DNA of 40,429 bases from a virus (IMGVR_UViG_3300037515_000543:1-40429); one strand, 5' to 3'; shown: positions 18,612 through 28,132, numbered from the stretch's first letter. The notes: generated by a model from the sequence alone, not told the origin. Program-made: numbers and translations.

Positions 18612-19541
18612 CTATGCCCGTGTGTACTCGACCCAAATCGCAAACACGTACAGGTCATCTGTGCCGTGCGCGGCCGGGGTCAATTCAACCGTTAGCGTTT
18701 GTGCCCCGGCGGGCACGTCGGCGGCGGCAATCGTGATAATGTATTCAGCCGGGGTCGTACCGGTGATGGCGGCGCTGGCATCACTCACCTTCGTGTCGCC
18801 TTCGTTGAAATAGGAATCGGCGTCAATGACGGGGGTGTCGTTGGCGGCTTCCATCGCCGCCCGCAGATGCACGACCACATCAGCGCTTACGTCGATGTCG
18901 GGCGGCAACGGTACCTGGAAAATGATCGGGTCCACGTTCGTGGCTGCCCAGAGAATGCGCAGCGCTGAATCCGTGTCCCCATCGGTCATATCCAGGACGG
19001 GGGTCGTAGATGGCCCCAGGGCGGCCACGGTGTTTGTGCCGTCGCCTTCAAAAACGGCCGTTAACGGCATGGGGATAAAGCCGGTTTTGAGCGTGGTGCT
19101 GAGTTTGGCAGCTGTCACCGCGCCGGCGGCCAGGTCGCCCGTGCTAACGGTGCCAATAAATGAGCCGGCGGGCACTTTCAGCACCTCAATGGTGGCTGTA
19201 GCCGCACTGTTGACTGTGCCAATGGCAAAGCCGAAAAAGTAGCCCGATGCTTTCTTGGAGAGCTTCGGCGTATCGGCATCGACATAAAAAATAGAGTCGC
19301 CGGCAGCAACGGCGCTGTTGCCGCTGTCGTCAATGCCCTTGACGCTGACCTCGGCAACCAATGCGCCAAATTGGACAGTCGTTTCGGTGGCAGAGTTGCC
19401 GCCTTCACCCTCATCGGTGAGGGCGATACCGGTCATCTCGCCATAGCGCACCGGGTCACCGGTCACCGGCGAGGCCGGATTTGTGACCACCACCGGCAGC
19501 GCAAAGTGTTCCTGTAAATAGCGTTTGATATTAGTTGCCAT
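18612..19541 (-). CDS. Capsid cement/decoration protein (DUF2190-like) with C-terminal extension
   Basis: MATN start, GDPVRYG..GIALTD, AAGDSIFY motifs; lies between protease and MCP. Confidence 0.75.
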   Translation of the reverse strand: MATNIKRYLQEHFALPVVVTNPASPVTGDPVRYGEMTGIALTDEGEGGNSATETTVQFGALVAEVSVKGIDDSGNSAVAAGDSIFYVDADTPKLSKKASGYFFGFAIGTVNSAATATIEVLKVPAGSFIGTVSTGDLAAGAVTAAKLSTTLKTGFIPMPLTAVFEGDGTNTVAALGPSTTPVLDMTDGDTDSALRILWAATNVDPIIFQVPLPPDIDVSADVVVHLRAAMEAANDTPVIDADSYFNEGDTKVSDASAAITGTTPAEYIITIAAADVPAGAQTLTVELTPAAHGTDDLYVFAIWVEYTRA

Positions 19542-19543
19542 CG

Positions 19544-20935
19544 TTATGCCTCCTGTACCGTGGCGTAGCCCATGCTGGCCAGCGCCTCATCGGCCCGCTT
19601 GCGGCTTTCGGCCAAATCGGGCAGCTGCTCGCCACCGCCGCCGTTAGCCGTCTCACCGTTGCCGGTCACGCGGCCGTCTTTACCCAGCAGCGCGGCAATC
19701 TCGGTCTGGGCCTCGGTAACGGCCGTTTCCACTGCCTTGCCCATAGCTGCCTCATCCAATTTGCCGTCGGTGGCAATCGGGTTGCGGGCCAGCTGCCCAG
19801 CCAGGCGGGTTTGGGTAATTTCCGGCAGGTCGGTTTCGGCCAGTTTACCGGTGACAAAATCCCGCGCCTCACGCAGCAGCAATTGCTCCCGCATTTTGGC
19901 CAGGGCGGCTTCGGTTTCGGCCAGCTTTGCATCTCGTTCGGCGAGTGCGGCCTGGGCCTCTTTCAATTGTTCTTCGCTCATAGCGTCCTCCGATTCTTGC
20001 ATCATGCCGCCCATTGCGGCGATGTCGTCACTATCCGGGCTTTTGGCCCATGTATCACGTTTGAATAATTGCGGCGCGTTGCTCATCAGGTCGGTGCGGT
20101 AGGTGTCCAGGGCCGCGCCGATAGCGCTGCTCATGGCCTTGCGTTCTTCCCGGCTCACACGGCCGTCTCCATACATATCATCGCCAACCATCGTTAGGTG
20201 GAGGTGCAGGCGACTTTCCAGCCACTCGCCAATGTTGCGGGCCTCTGCCAGCTTCTTGAACGATTCACTGGTTTTCTCGCTGTTCAGCAGCGACAAAACG
20301 GCCGTCAGTTGCTCCAACGCCGCCTTCAATTTCGTTTCGTTGGCCTTGCTCAGCACCCGCCCGGCTTCGCTCAAAAATTCGTCAATGCCATTGGGTTGGG
20401 TAGGGGGTGGCAGCTTGCCTGCATTCGGGGCGCTCTCGAAAATAGAGACGATGGCGCCGCCCGCGCCGGGAACGGTCACAAAGTCAACGCTCTTCCCGGC
20501 GGCAATCTCTTGAATGATACGGCCGTTTTTGCCCTCCGCTTCCCCGGTGGTGTGGCGACCCATGCCGCGAATGCTTACGCCGATGTGCTCACCGATTTCG
20601 TCGATAGCGTTGGCGTAGCCTGCAAACGGCCGTGCCTCGGCATACATGCCGGGGCCGTGGGGTCCGCCTTCAAGCCAGATGGGATCGGAAACGGTTACGG
20701 CGGCCAGATCGCGCAGATCGCCTTCTGGCCGCTCCATTTCCTCGGTAGGGGTGGCATGGTTCCACATCATATGAGTGCCTTTGGGGAAAACTTTGGGGAT
20801 GTCGCGTTCTAAAACTTCACGGGGGTAGTAGCCGCTGCTGCCCCAGCCAGGCTGGATCAACTTTAGGCTGATGGTGCCGTCACGCCGGACGGCGCGTTCG
20901 GAGAGGGGGATAAATTCGGTGAATTTTTCGGCCAT
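19544..20935 (-). CDS. Prohead protease-scaffold fusion
   Basis: WNH, IGVSIRG, SVDFVTVPGAGG motifs, then a coiled-coil scaffold region. Confidence 0.85.
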   Translation of the reverse strand: MAEKFTEFIPLSERAVRRDGTISLKLIQPGWGSSGYYPREVLERDIPKVFPKGTHMMWNHATPTEEMERPEGDLRDLAAVTVSDPIWLEGGPHGPGMYAEARPFAGYANAIDEIGEHIGVSIRGMGRHTTGEAEGKNGRIIQEIAAGKSVDFVTVPGAGGAIVSIFESAPNAGKLPPPTQPNGIDEFLSEAGRVLSKANETKLKAALEQLTAVLSLLNSEKTSESFKKLAEARNIGEWLESRLHLHLTMVGDDMYGDGRVSREERKAMSSAIGAALDTYRTDLMSNAPQLFKRDTWAKSPDSDDIAAMGGMMQESEDAMSEEQLKEAQAALAERDAKLAETEAALAKMREQLLLREARDFVTGKLAETDLPEITQTRLAGQLARNPIATDGKLDEAAMGKAVETAVTEAQTEIAALLGKDGRVTGNGETANGGGGEQLPDLAESRKRADEALASMGYATVQEA

Positions 20936-20973
20936 GCTGCAACGCTACAACATTACCGCGTCAAAAATTGTCG
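20936..20973 (-). promoter_or_regulatory. Putative leaderless activator-dependent promoter for head genes
   Basis: CGACA-N5-TGACG dyad, then TAGCGT 6 nt upstream of ATG 20935; no SD. Confidence 0.4.
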
Positions 20974-20982
20974 TTTTGTCTT

Positions 20983-21222
20983 TTAGTAGGGGGAAATCTG
21001 CACGGTGCCATCACCGATGAGGCGGTACACGCCGTCCTCATCGCGGTAGATAGGCACGCCAGCGCGGGAAGCGGCCGCAAACATCCTTTGGGCTGTACGC
21101 TGGCTTATTTGCAAATCATCGGCAACGTCGACCGTTGTTAATTCCCGGCCAATGTGCAGCCAGTGAATGAGGAGTACAGCGCGTTCGGTGGGGGTGGATT
21201 CGGTGATGTAGGTCATTGTCAT
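20983..21222 (-). CDS. Winged HTH protein (HTH_11, like the N-terminus of WYL regulators)
   Basis: LTTVDVADDLQISQRTAQRMF...GVPIY....GVYRL. Confidence 0.8.
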   Translation of the reverse strand: MTMTYITESTPTERAVLLIHWLHIGRELTTVDVADDLQISQRTAQRMFAAASRAGVPIYRDEDGVYRLIGDGTVQISPY

Positions 21223-22142
21223 TTAGGTTTGCGCCTATAGAGCGTCGTGCAACGGCAGCCCGGATCGCTGGGGAACGTCATATCACCGCTGGGGAATTCG
21301 TCATCTATTTCAATCCAGCCAGCCGCCGCGTTGTCACGGTGAGACGGCCGTACCCGGTCATCCCCGGCCGTCAATGCCTTTTTCTCAATCTTTAACCCGG
21401 CGTCTTTCAACTCGCCCGCCGCCTGGAAGTTCCCCTGCTCATAGGCCGATCCCAGCTCGTAAACTGCCACCCGCCTAGACCTCGGGTTATCCCCGCCGGT
21501 GGCAAATTCGGTGAACCGCTCGCCAATCGAATCGCTCAATCGGTCATAGCTCCAACCCTCGTCAACAGCCTGGCTAATCATGCTGTTCAAATAGCTGCGC
21601 GTGGTGTCGTTGATTTTGGTCACCTGTTCGGCCGCGTGCTGCCGGGCATAGGCCACGGCGCGGGGGTTTTTCAGGTTCCAGGATACGCCCAGCTCCTCTT
21701 GCTCATCAGCGGCAATGCCCAGCCCCTTGATGAGATCGCCGCCGCCTAAGATGAGCATGTCGAGGATGGCGGCTTGCAGGGGGTCGGTGAGGTCGAGTTT
21801 GCTATCCCGCGCCGCCGCGTTCCAGTAGGGTATCCAATCGGCTGCGCTCGGAGCGCCGGCGGCTTCACGCAAACCGAAAAGGAATCCAGCCATAAACAGA
21901 ACGTTAAGGTCGGTTTCCGTCTCTTTCACGCGTTGCGCCTCGCTGGTGGCTGCTGCGATCTTGTCAAACTTGCCTTTGAGCTGGCCCAGGCTGCGCAGGA
22001 AGAGCCGCCCTTGCTTTTGGAACGCTTTCGCAACGGCCGTTTCCAGCCGTTTACGCCGCTGCTCTACCAGTTTGTCCCGGCGTATGGCGGCGTTGGCTTC
22101 GAGGAAGCGGGTGAGGGGGGCGATTAAATCAGCTGTGGCCAT
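21219..22142 (-). CDS. Minor head protein (SPP1 gp7/Mu F-like)
   Basis: TAGDDRVRPSH and PGCRCT motifs. Confidence 0.88.
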   Translation of the reverse strand: MATADLIAPLTRFLEANAAIRRDKLVEQRRKRLETAVAKAFQKQGRLFLRSLGQLKGKFDKIAAATSEAQRVKETETDLNVLFMAGFLFGLREAAGAPSAADWIPYWNAAARDSKLDLTDPLQAAILDMLILGGGDLIKGLGIAADEQEELGVSWNLKNPRAVAYARQHAAEQVTKINDTTRSYLNSMISQAVDEGWSYDRLSDSIGERFTEFATGGDNPRSRRVAVYELGSAYEQGNFQAAGELKDAGLKIEKKALTAGDDRVRPSHRDNAAAGWIEIDDEFPSGDMTFPSDPGCRCTTLYRRKPK

Positions 22143-22323
22143 TTGGTTTTTGGGCCACGTGTAAAATAGAGCTGACCCACACGCTCGTCAATTGGATGCT
22201 TTCAGCCCGCGTCAATCCTTCTTTGCGTAAGGCGTTAAAATAAACGGCCGTTAGCCGCGCAAAATTTTCGGCGCTGGCCTCCTGCTGTTCAACCTCTCTG
22301 GATAGTTCGTCTAGTACGCTCAT
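22129..22323 (-). CDS. Hypothetical protein
   Basis: Translationally coupled small ORF with GAGGAGG SD. Confidence 0.65.
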   Translation of the reverse strand: MSVLDELSREVEQQEASAENFARLTAVYFNALRKEGLTRAESIQLTSVWVSSILHVAQKPNGHS

Positions 22324-22610
22324 TGCGCCTCCTCGGTTGGTTTCCTGTAAATAGCAATGTATTGGTTTCCGCCAGCCGCATCACCCAACGGGAACAGCCC
22401 GGCCTCTACAAGCGCCTCCCATACGGCGTTTCGCAGCTTCGGTGAAACGGCCGTATATCGCTCACCTCTAAGAATCCAGGAGCATTCCCACGCCCCAGTG
22501 TCCTCTCCATAATCGAGCGTGCAAGATTGCGATTGCCTTGCCATCCACTCAAGCATGGCCTCAATGGTAGGATCCATAGTGTCTATATATACCAGATTAG
22601 CTGTGTCCAT
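22320..22610 (-). CDS. Hypothetical protein
   Basis: GGAGG SD; overlaps the portal end. Confidence 0.65.
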   Translation of the reverse strand: MDTANLVYIDTMDPTIEAMLEWMARQSQSCTLDYGEDTGAWECSWILRGERYTAVSPKLRNAVWEALVEAGLFPLGDAAGGNQYIAIYRKPTEEAQ

Positions 22611-24297
22611 TCATCGCCTCCCGTAAATCCACCAGCAAATCAGAAACGGCCGTTACCTGCCGGTTCCAGATCGCCTCACTCGTTTCCTCTTCCTCACTAT
22701 CCTCCTCCTCCTCCTCCCCACCTGCCGGGGCAGGGGAGAGCCGCGCCGCCATCTCATCCGCCCGCGCCTGGCGCGCCTCCTGCTCTTCTTGCCATATCCC
22801 CATCACCGCGTCAACGTCATCAATCCCCAGCTCGGAGATGAGACGACGAACGGCCGTTTCCAGCGGAATGCCAACGCCTTCGCTGCGTCCGGCCAATGTC
22901 TGCGCCTCAATGATAGAGCCGATGGTTTCTTTGATGTCGTGCTGAATAATCGACGGAAAGGCCACGGCCACAGTCGGGTCAATGTCATCATTCCAGTTTA
23001 CGCGTTCGTGCACCTGGTCACCGTCCTTCTCTGGCACCATCCGTCCCAGGCTGCGCAGCGGGCCTTGTGGCGCTTTCACCGCCCACAGCATCGCGTAGCC
23101 CAGAATGTCACCCAGGACGCTTTTCCATAAAGCCTGCCGATCCATAATCAGCAGCTCAGTGGGCCGGTCCAGTGATTTAGCCGTGGCCAGGCTGCCCACG
23201 CTGGCATCGCCGAAAAAGGTTTCGGGAAAGCCAAAATCCATAATCGCCATGAGCAGCAGGCGACGGCCGTCCTCCGCGCTCATGGTAGCCCCGGCCGTGC
23301 GGAATGGTTGCAGGTCCGTGCCCTCGCCGCTGATGAAGGTGGAGCCGGTGACCGGCGGCGGATTCGTTTCATCGCCCAGCCCGCCGCCCAGCGTCGTGTT
23401 CAGTTTGGCCTTAGCCGCCGCCACGCCGCGTTTGCCGCCCTGCACGGTGAGCTTGGCAGCCCAGCGGGCCAATGCCTGCCACACTGACGCCAGCTGCTCT
23501 AGGAACGATTTATAGGCCAGCGCCCAATCGTTGCCCGCGTAAAATTCCGATACTCCCCAACGGCCCATCTTGTTTGTGGCCACGTGGTAGACCGGCGTGT
23601 CCCAGTCGACACGGCCGTTTATCCCGCCCAGCGTCGCCAATTTCTCTGTGAAGCCGACTTTGGAGCGGGGGGTAAATTGCCAATCGGGGTAATAAACGGT
23701 GTGGGCCACCGTGCCGCCGTCGAGATTCCGCTGCACCCAGACGCGCCGGTAGAACCACGGTTCGCGCTTGTCCTCGGGATTGCAGATGATGTCGTCGATT
23801 TCCTGCGGGTCAATGGTGCTGAGGCGGATACGGCCGTTTAGCGCGTTGACGTGGAATCGAAAGAAGAGATTGCCGTCCTGCTGCAAATCCGTCTCCCGCT
23901 CGCCGCGCGCCTGGTGGCCGGTCAATTCGGCGCGGTTGCGTTCATCGTCGATGAACGCCTGCACCGTGGCGTTGATTGTTTCGTCGGCGGCCGAAATGTT
24001 GACGCCCTGTGCCCAGACGTAGAGGCGCTGGATTTTGACGCCGCGCTTGATGATCGGGTTTTTCAGGCGCATGATCCGGGAGAGTTCCGTGATTTGGCGC
24101 AGGCCCGCGCGGGTAAACTCCTGATCGGCCTGCATACTCATCATACGCCATTCGGTGCTGTAGAGCAGCTGCTCCAGGCGCTGCAGAGATTCGGTGAGCT
24201 GCCAGATTTGGCCGCTTTGGGAAACGGCCGTTTCCTGTAGACTGCTCAGTTTGCCGCCGGTCAGCCGGTCGGCTATGGATTCGGTTATTGTTGCCAT
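22597..24297 (-). CDS. Portal protein
   Basis: 566 aa directly after TerL; DGNLF and FPETFFGDAS.GSLATAKSL motifs. Confidence 0.85.
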   Translation of the reverse strand: MATITESIADRLTGGKLSSLQETAVSQSGQIWQLTESLQRLEQLLYSTEWRMMSMQADQEFTRAGLRQITELSRIMRLKNPIIKRGVKIQRLYVWAQGVNISAADETINATVQAFIDDERNRAELTGHQARGERETDLQQDGNLFFRFHVNALNGRIRLSTIDPQEIDDIICNPEDKREPWFYRRVWVQRNLDGGTVAHTVYYPDWQFTPRSKVGFTEKLATLGGINGRVDWDTPVYHVATNKMGRWGVSEFYAGNDWALAYKSFLEQLASVWQALARWAAKLTVQGGKRGVAAAKAKLNTTLGGGLGDETNPPPVTGSTFISGEGTDLQPFRTAGATMSAEDGRRLLLMAIMDFGFPETFFGDASVGSLATAKSLDRPTELLIMDRQALWKSVLGDILGYAMLWAVKAPQGPLRSLGRMVPEKDGDQVHERVNWNDDIDPTVAVAFPSIIQHDIKETIGSIIEAQTLAGRSEGVGIPLETAVRRLISELGIDDVDAVMGIWQEEQEARQARADEMAARLSPAPAGGEEEEEDSEEEETSEAIWNRQVTAVSDLLVDLREAMNGHS

Positions 24298-24306
24298 ATC
24301 ATCCTC

Positions 24307-25803
24307 CTAATACGGTGAGATCTCCACCGCCTCCTCGTCTACAACAACGCCCGTTTCGTGCTGGGGCGTCTCGATCATGATTGCCACCGATAGGGCCAGC
24401 ATAAGGCCCCAAAATTTATCCGCATGATGCTTTTCATTCCGTTCCGTGTCAAATACCAGATTTTTACTCGCCGTTATTTTCCGCTTGATGCTGTGAATCT
24501 GGTAAGCTAAATCCTTGTCAGTCGGAATCGGGGCCCGGCGCTGCTGGAAAAGCATTTTACCATCCGTGGCCCACAGCGCCTTGCTCTGGTTGGTAAAGTC
24601 CACCCCGGCCGCCTTGCCGGGAAATAGCCGCTCCATTGTCTCCGATAAATTGCGGCCTATGCCGTTCCGGTCAATCAGCAGGCCCAGCAGTGGCAATTTT
24701 GTTAAAGCGGCAGTTAAAACTGCCACCTGACTATCAAAGTCGCAATTGTCCAGGCTGATGGCCAGCCGGACCGGGTAGCTTCGCAGCGTCGAGACGCCAA
24801 CCAGGTAAAGCTCCGAGGTATTTCGCGTGCGGCCTACATCGTAGCCGGCCGCAAAAACCAGCTCCACCGCGTTTTTCTCAACCAGGTCGGCCAGTTCGTC
24901 AATAGCCTCGAGCGCCCGGTCGATAACGCTGTCTCTCACATCGACCATGATCGCCGGTCCGCTGTGGGCCGCCTGGTTGTTCTTGATTTCGTCCCAGGTT
25001 ATCCAGGCCGTCGATTCGTCAACAAAAGCACACTCGTACTCTTGCTGAAAATCTTCCAGCGGCATGTTGGCGTAAATCGCTTTAATGCGATCGTTGCCAA
25101 ACATCTCCACCCGTTCAAAGGTGGAGAGGGTGGGGGCGAGCCGCCGCGCCGCTTTTACGTTGCGGCAAAACGCCTGCACTTCCCACCACGGCGTCGCTTT
25201 GCGCGTGTAGCCGGGGAACGGTTGCAGCGATTGGGTGAACACTTCCCAGAAACGGCCGCTGCCGCCCATCGGGCTGCTGGCCATCCGCAGCCGCCGGGTG
25301 CCTTTCGTCATCATGGGCAGGGCGGCGGTGTAGATGGTTTTGTCATCACGGACGTGGGCGAATTCGTCCAGGTAGACATTCATCTGCGCCTTGCCGCGCG
25401 GGGCAGTGCTGGGTAGGGAGATAAGCCGCCCGCCGTTGTCGAATTCGATTTCCTGCTTGTTGTCGGTGATGAGCTTGGGACGCATCGAGCGGGGCAGGGC
25501 GTGACGCACATTGTGGGCGTAGCGGATTTTTTCCTTTGCTTCATCCAGGTTTATGGAAACGAAGACGCTGGACGCCCCGGTCAGGATGGCGTCGGCGACG
25601 GCCTCGGCCGCGCTTAAAAAAGACCATGCTATTTGACGACTTTTGACTTCGGTGCGGAATGTAGCGTCGTCTTGTAAATGTGCTAACTGGAAATGTTCCC
25701 AGCGTGCTCCCTCAAATTGTGCCGCCTCTGGCAGGTCTAAGTTATCTACCAGGAAGGCGGCGCGTTCGGTTTTAGGTTGCCATGTCATCTGCGTCGTCTT
25801 CAA
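24307..25803 (-). CDS. terL: Terminase large subunit (Mu gp28-like); start may be ATG 25788
   Basis: KSRQIAWS Walker A variant, VYLDEFAH Walker B, ASSP motif, GYDVG and HADKFW nuclease aspartates. Confidence 0.93.
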   Translation of the reverse strand: MKTTQMTWQPKTERAAFLVDNLDLPEAAQFEGARWEHFQLAHLQDDATFRTEVKSRQIAWSFLSAAEAVADAILTGASSVFVSINLDEAKEKIRYAHNVRHALPRSMRPKLITDNKQEIEFDNGGRLISLPSTAPRGKAQMNVYLDEFAHVRDDKTIYTAALPMMTKGTRRLRMASSPMGGSGRFWEVFTQSLQPFPGYTRKATPWWEVQAFCRNVKAARRLAPTLSTFERVEMFGNDRIKAIYANMPLEDFQQEYECAFVDESTAWITWDEIKNNQAAHSGPAIMVDVRDSVIDRALEAIDELADLVEKNAVELVFAAGYDVGRTRNTSELYLVGVSTLRSYPVRLAISLDNCDFDSQVAVLTAALTKLPLLGLLIDRNGIGRNLSETMERLFPGKAAGVDFTNQSKALWATDGKMLFQQRRAPIPTDKDLAYQIHSIKRKITASKNLVFDTERNEKHHADKFWGLMLALSVAIMIETPQHETGVVVDEEAVEISPY

Positions 25804-26437
25804 ATAAAGCGGCCGTTTCCGCTGCCTGTTGGCGGCGCTTTTCGGATTCAGTACGCCATTCGTCCAGGGTCATGCCGACGTTGTGGACCGGATCGTCTTC
25901 GGTGCCCTTGACGCCAAATAGGCCGTGATAGCGGCCGACATGAACAAGCGCGCTCTGCGGGTCATGCAGCTCAACCTCGATCCATTCCGTCACCGTTTCC
26001 TCGTCATCCTTGTTGACGTAGCTCGTCCGCTTCTGTTTGTACTTTTTCAGCAGGTGAAGCTTACCGTCGCGCTTGGCTTTAGCCAGGCTCAGTGCCGGGT
26101 CACGGCCGTCTTTAATGTCGAGGAAGTCACCCAGCGAGCCGCGCGCCTGGTCGGAGAGCCGGGCAATGACTTCGCGGGCGCTCATTTCCTGGGCATAAAA
26201 GAACTCGTCTATGGCTTCGCGGATTTTGGGATTCTTTAGGAGGCGCGGGCCGGATTTGTTGGGGGTGCTGTAGCCTGCTTTTTCGGCGGCGTTTGTGGCG
26301 TTGGGCTTTTCGGCAGCGAGGTATTCAATCAGAAAACGGCGCTGCATTCCGGTCAACGTAGAAACGACGCTCAAAGTCTCTTCTATGTCGGCGCGGCGGA
26401 CTTCTTCGGCGGTTGGCTGCTGCGTGTTTTCTGTCAA
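25772..26437 (-). CDS. terS: Terminase small subunit
   Basis: QRRFLIEYL...NATNAAEKAGYS....RLLKNPKIREAI. Confidence 0.92.
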   Translation of the reverse strand: MTENTQQPTAEEVRRADIEETLSVVSTLTGMQRRFLIEYLAAEKPNATNAAEKAGYSTPNKSGPRLLKNPKIREAIDEFFYAQEMSAREVIARLSDQARGSLGDFLDIKDGRDPALSLAKAKRDGKLHLLKKYKQKRTSYVNKDDEETVTEWIEVELHDPQSALVHVGRYHGLFGVKGTEDDPVHNVGMTLDEWRTESEKRRQQAAETAALFEDDADDMAT

Positions 26438-26591
26438 TTTACCTACAAATACCTACATGTTAGATGAGGTCAATTTATGCCCATTTGTATCACTATCCGA
26501 AAAATACACCTAAAATATACATACCGATAATTCAAAGTTATGGGTATCTGTGAATATATTTCACTTTAGCGGCTATTTCTTACGGCCGTTG

Positions 26592-26735
26592 CTACAACCC
26601 AGTCGCCCCAGCCAGCCAGGCCGCAACCAGCAGCGCTTTCCCCAGCTGGTCCCAGTTGACCCGGGCGGCCACACCAGCCGCGCCAAGCGAAAAAGAAACC
26701 AATGCCAACACCGCGAGAATTATTTGTAAACTCAT
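26592..26735 (-). CDS. 47-aa membrane protein
   Basis: Manual translation MSLQIILAVLALVSFSLGAAGVAARVNWDQLGKALLVAAWLAGATGL. Confidence 0.55.
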   Translation of the reverse strand: MSLQIILAVLALVSFSLGAAGVAARVNWDQLGKALLVAAWLAGATGL

Positions 26736-26736
26736 C

Positions 26737-27138
26737 TCACACCCTTGCCAGCCGCGGCAACGGCCGTTTCCGGTTCCCCGGCCATCGCAGCAAAAAAGCC
26801 AGCGGCGCTTGTTCCTCCGCTGGCTCCAAAACTTGAATATCGAATGACGCTTTAATTGGCCAGGAAACGGCCGTTTCTAACTCGTTCAATACCGCTGCGT
26901 AATCCATCCGGTACTTTTTCGACAGATACCCGGCAAAGCGCTGGCGCTGTGGGCCGGTCAACTCACCCATAGCCAGATCGTAAGCCAGGACCGGGAACGC
27001 CCTCCCCTGCTGCTCTTGCCAGCGCGGGGTGGCAGCCATCACCGGGAGTGTGTCCGTGCCAAAGACGTGCAGCCAGGTAGCCTGGCGCTTTTCGTCAGTG
27101 GTTTGGATCAGGTGGATAGAACGGCCGTTTGTGAACAT
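26737..27138 (-). CDS. Hypothetical protein, paralog of 29123-29443
   Basis: Shared WLHVFG and LT..QR.R motifs. Confidence 0.75.
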   Translation of the reverse strand: MFTNGRSIHLIQTTDEKRQATWLHVFGTDTLPVMAATPRWQEQQGRAFPVLAYDLAMGELTGPQRQRFAGYLSKKYRMDYAAVLNELETAVSWPIKASFDIQVLEPAEEQAPLAFLLRWPGNRKRPLPRLARV

Positions 27139-27145
27139 AATACTA

Positions 27146-27174
27146 ATTTTAACATAAAGCGGGATACGTGTCTA
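27146..27174 (-). promoter_or_regulatory. Sigma70-type leaderless promoter
   Basis: TAGACA-17-TAAAAT with extended TG, 7 nt upstream of ATG 27138. Confidence 0.65.
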
Positions 27175-27185
27175 TTTGCGTGGTG

Positions 27186-27314
27186 TTAGCCCTCCTGCAC
27201 ATACCCCAACCACCCGCCATTATCCCGCGCCTCTGGCGGCACAAACTCCATTTGCAGCGCCTCAAACACATCCGCCTCCTCTGCTGTGGGGATGAGCTGG
27301 TGCTGCCAGGTGTA
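27186..27314 (-). pseudogene. Orphan 3' fragment of a second PolX allele
   Basis: 27197-27314 is 112/118 identical to 28556-28673; reads ...YTWQHQLIPTAEEADVFEALQMEFVPPEARDNGGWLGYVQEG-stop. Confidence 0.85.
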
Positions 27315-27354
27315 CGCTGGCAGCTGCTATCACGAGGCGTTTGGGTAGGAAATG

Positions 27355-27380
27355 AAAAAGCCCGGCAAGGGCGCCGGGCT
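27355..27380 (-). terminator. Rho-independent terminator
   Basis: AGCCCGGC-gccctt-GCCGGGCT followed by TTTT on the minus strand. Confidence 0.8.
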
Positions 27381-27405
27381 GTACTTTTACAATCGAATAT
27401 TTGAC

Positions 27406-27696
27406 CTATTTTGGTGCGGGATTTTTACGCGGGCGGCCACCTTTACGGCCGTTTGCGCGGGCTGCTGCGGATTTGGCTTTGCTGGTGACGGATCCGCCCC
27501 GACGGCCTAGGGATTGCGCGGCTGGGTCGCTGATGTCTTCGTAGCAAAGCGTAGGCTGATAGCCGCGTTCTGCCCAGAGCAGTTGCTTATCTTCATATAT
27601 CTGCAATGCCCGACCAGGGCTGTCACATACACACTCACCCAACTGCTCTAGGACTTTGTCAAGCTCAAGGTCTTTAATGTAGATTTTGATTCTCAT
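27406..27696 (-). CDS. Small protein with basic GRKGGRPRK (AT-hook-like) tail
   Basis: GAGG SD; C-terminus SLGRRGGSVTSKAKSAAARANGRKGGRPRK. Confidence 0.75.
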   Translation of the reverse strand: MRIKIYIKDLELDKVLEQLGECVCDSPGRALQIYEDKQLLWAERGYQPTLCYEDISDPAAQSLGRRGGSVTSKAKSAAARANGRKGGRPRKNPAPK

Positions 27697-27756
27697 GATT
27701 TTTCCTCTTGTCGGGTTTACCCACCCACCCGGCGAAGGTTATTTTTAATCGCCAGA

Positions 27757-28065
27757 CTACCAATCTTTTCCATGCCCCTCGGTGATGAGGTCGTAATACT
27801 GCGCCCGGCTCATTGTTGATTGTTGCTGCGCGGCTTGGGGGCGGGGGCTGTTGTCAATATCAAGGCCGATTTGGTTACGGATTTCCGTGAGGGCCATCAA
27901 TTTGTCAACGTTTATGCGCCAGCCCTGCGTGGCTTCATCCCAGGTTCCGCCACAATGTTGACGGATAAAGTTTTTTACATCATAGGTATCACCGGTCAAT
28001 AAATTGCCGTCTAACTGTAAGTTTTTCTTTTCATTTCTGCCGCTGTAGGTGAAGTATGTTGTCAT
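27757..28065 (-). CDS. Hypothetical protein
   Basis: AAGGA SD; follows its own promoter. Confidence 0.75.
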   Translation of the reverse strand: MTTYFTYSGRNEKKNLQLDGNLLTGDTYDVKNFIRQHCGGTWDEATQGWRINVDKLMALTEIRNQIGLDIDNSPRPQAAQQQSTMSRAQYYDLITEGHGKDW

Positions 28066-28103
28066 TTCCGTATCCTTTTCTGCTGTATTTGTAAGATGTC
28101 TCT

Positions 28104-28132
28104 ATTGTAAGCTAACCGCTTGGGTTTAGCAA
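28104..28132 (-). promoter_or_regulatory. Sigma70-type promoter of the two-gene moron
   Basis: TTGCTA-17-TACAAT. Confidence 0.7.

Noticed and set aside
5751-25416. Numerous plus-strand ORFs overlapping the structural operon (e.g. 7363-7935, 11185-11712, 17665-18213, 20198-20812)
   Set aside because: These are antisense shadows of high-GC minus-strand genes, with no SD or recognisable motifs.
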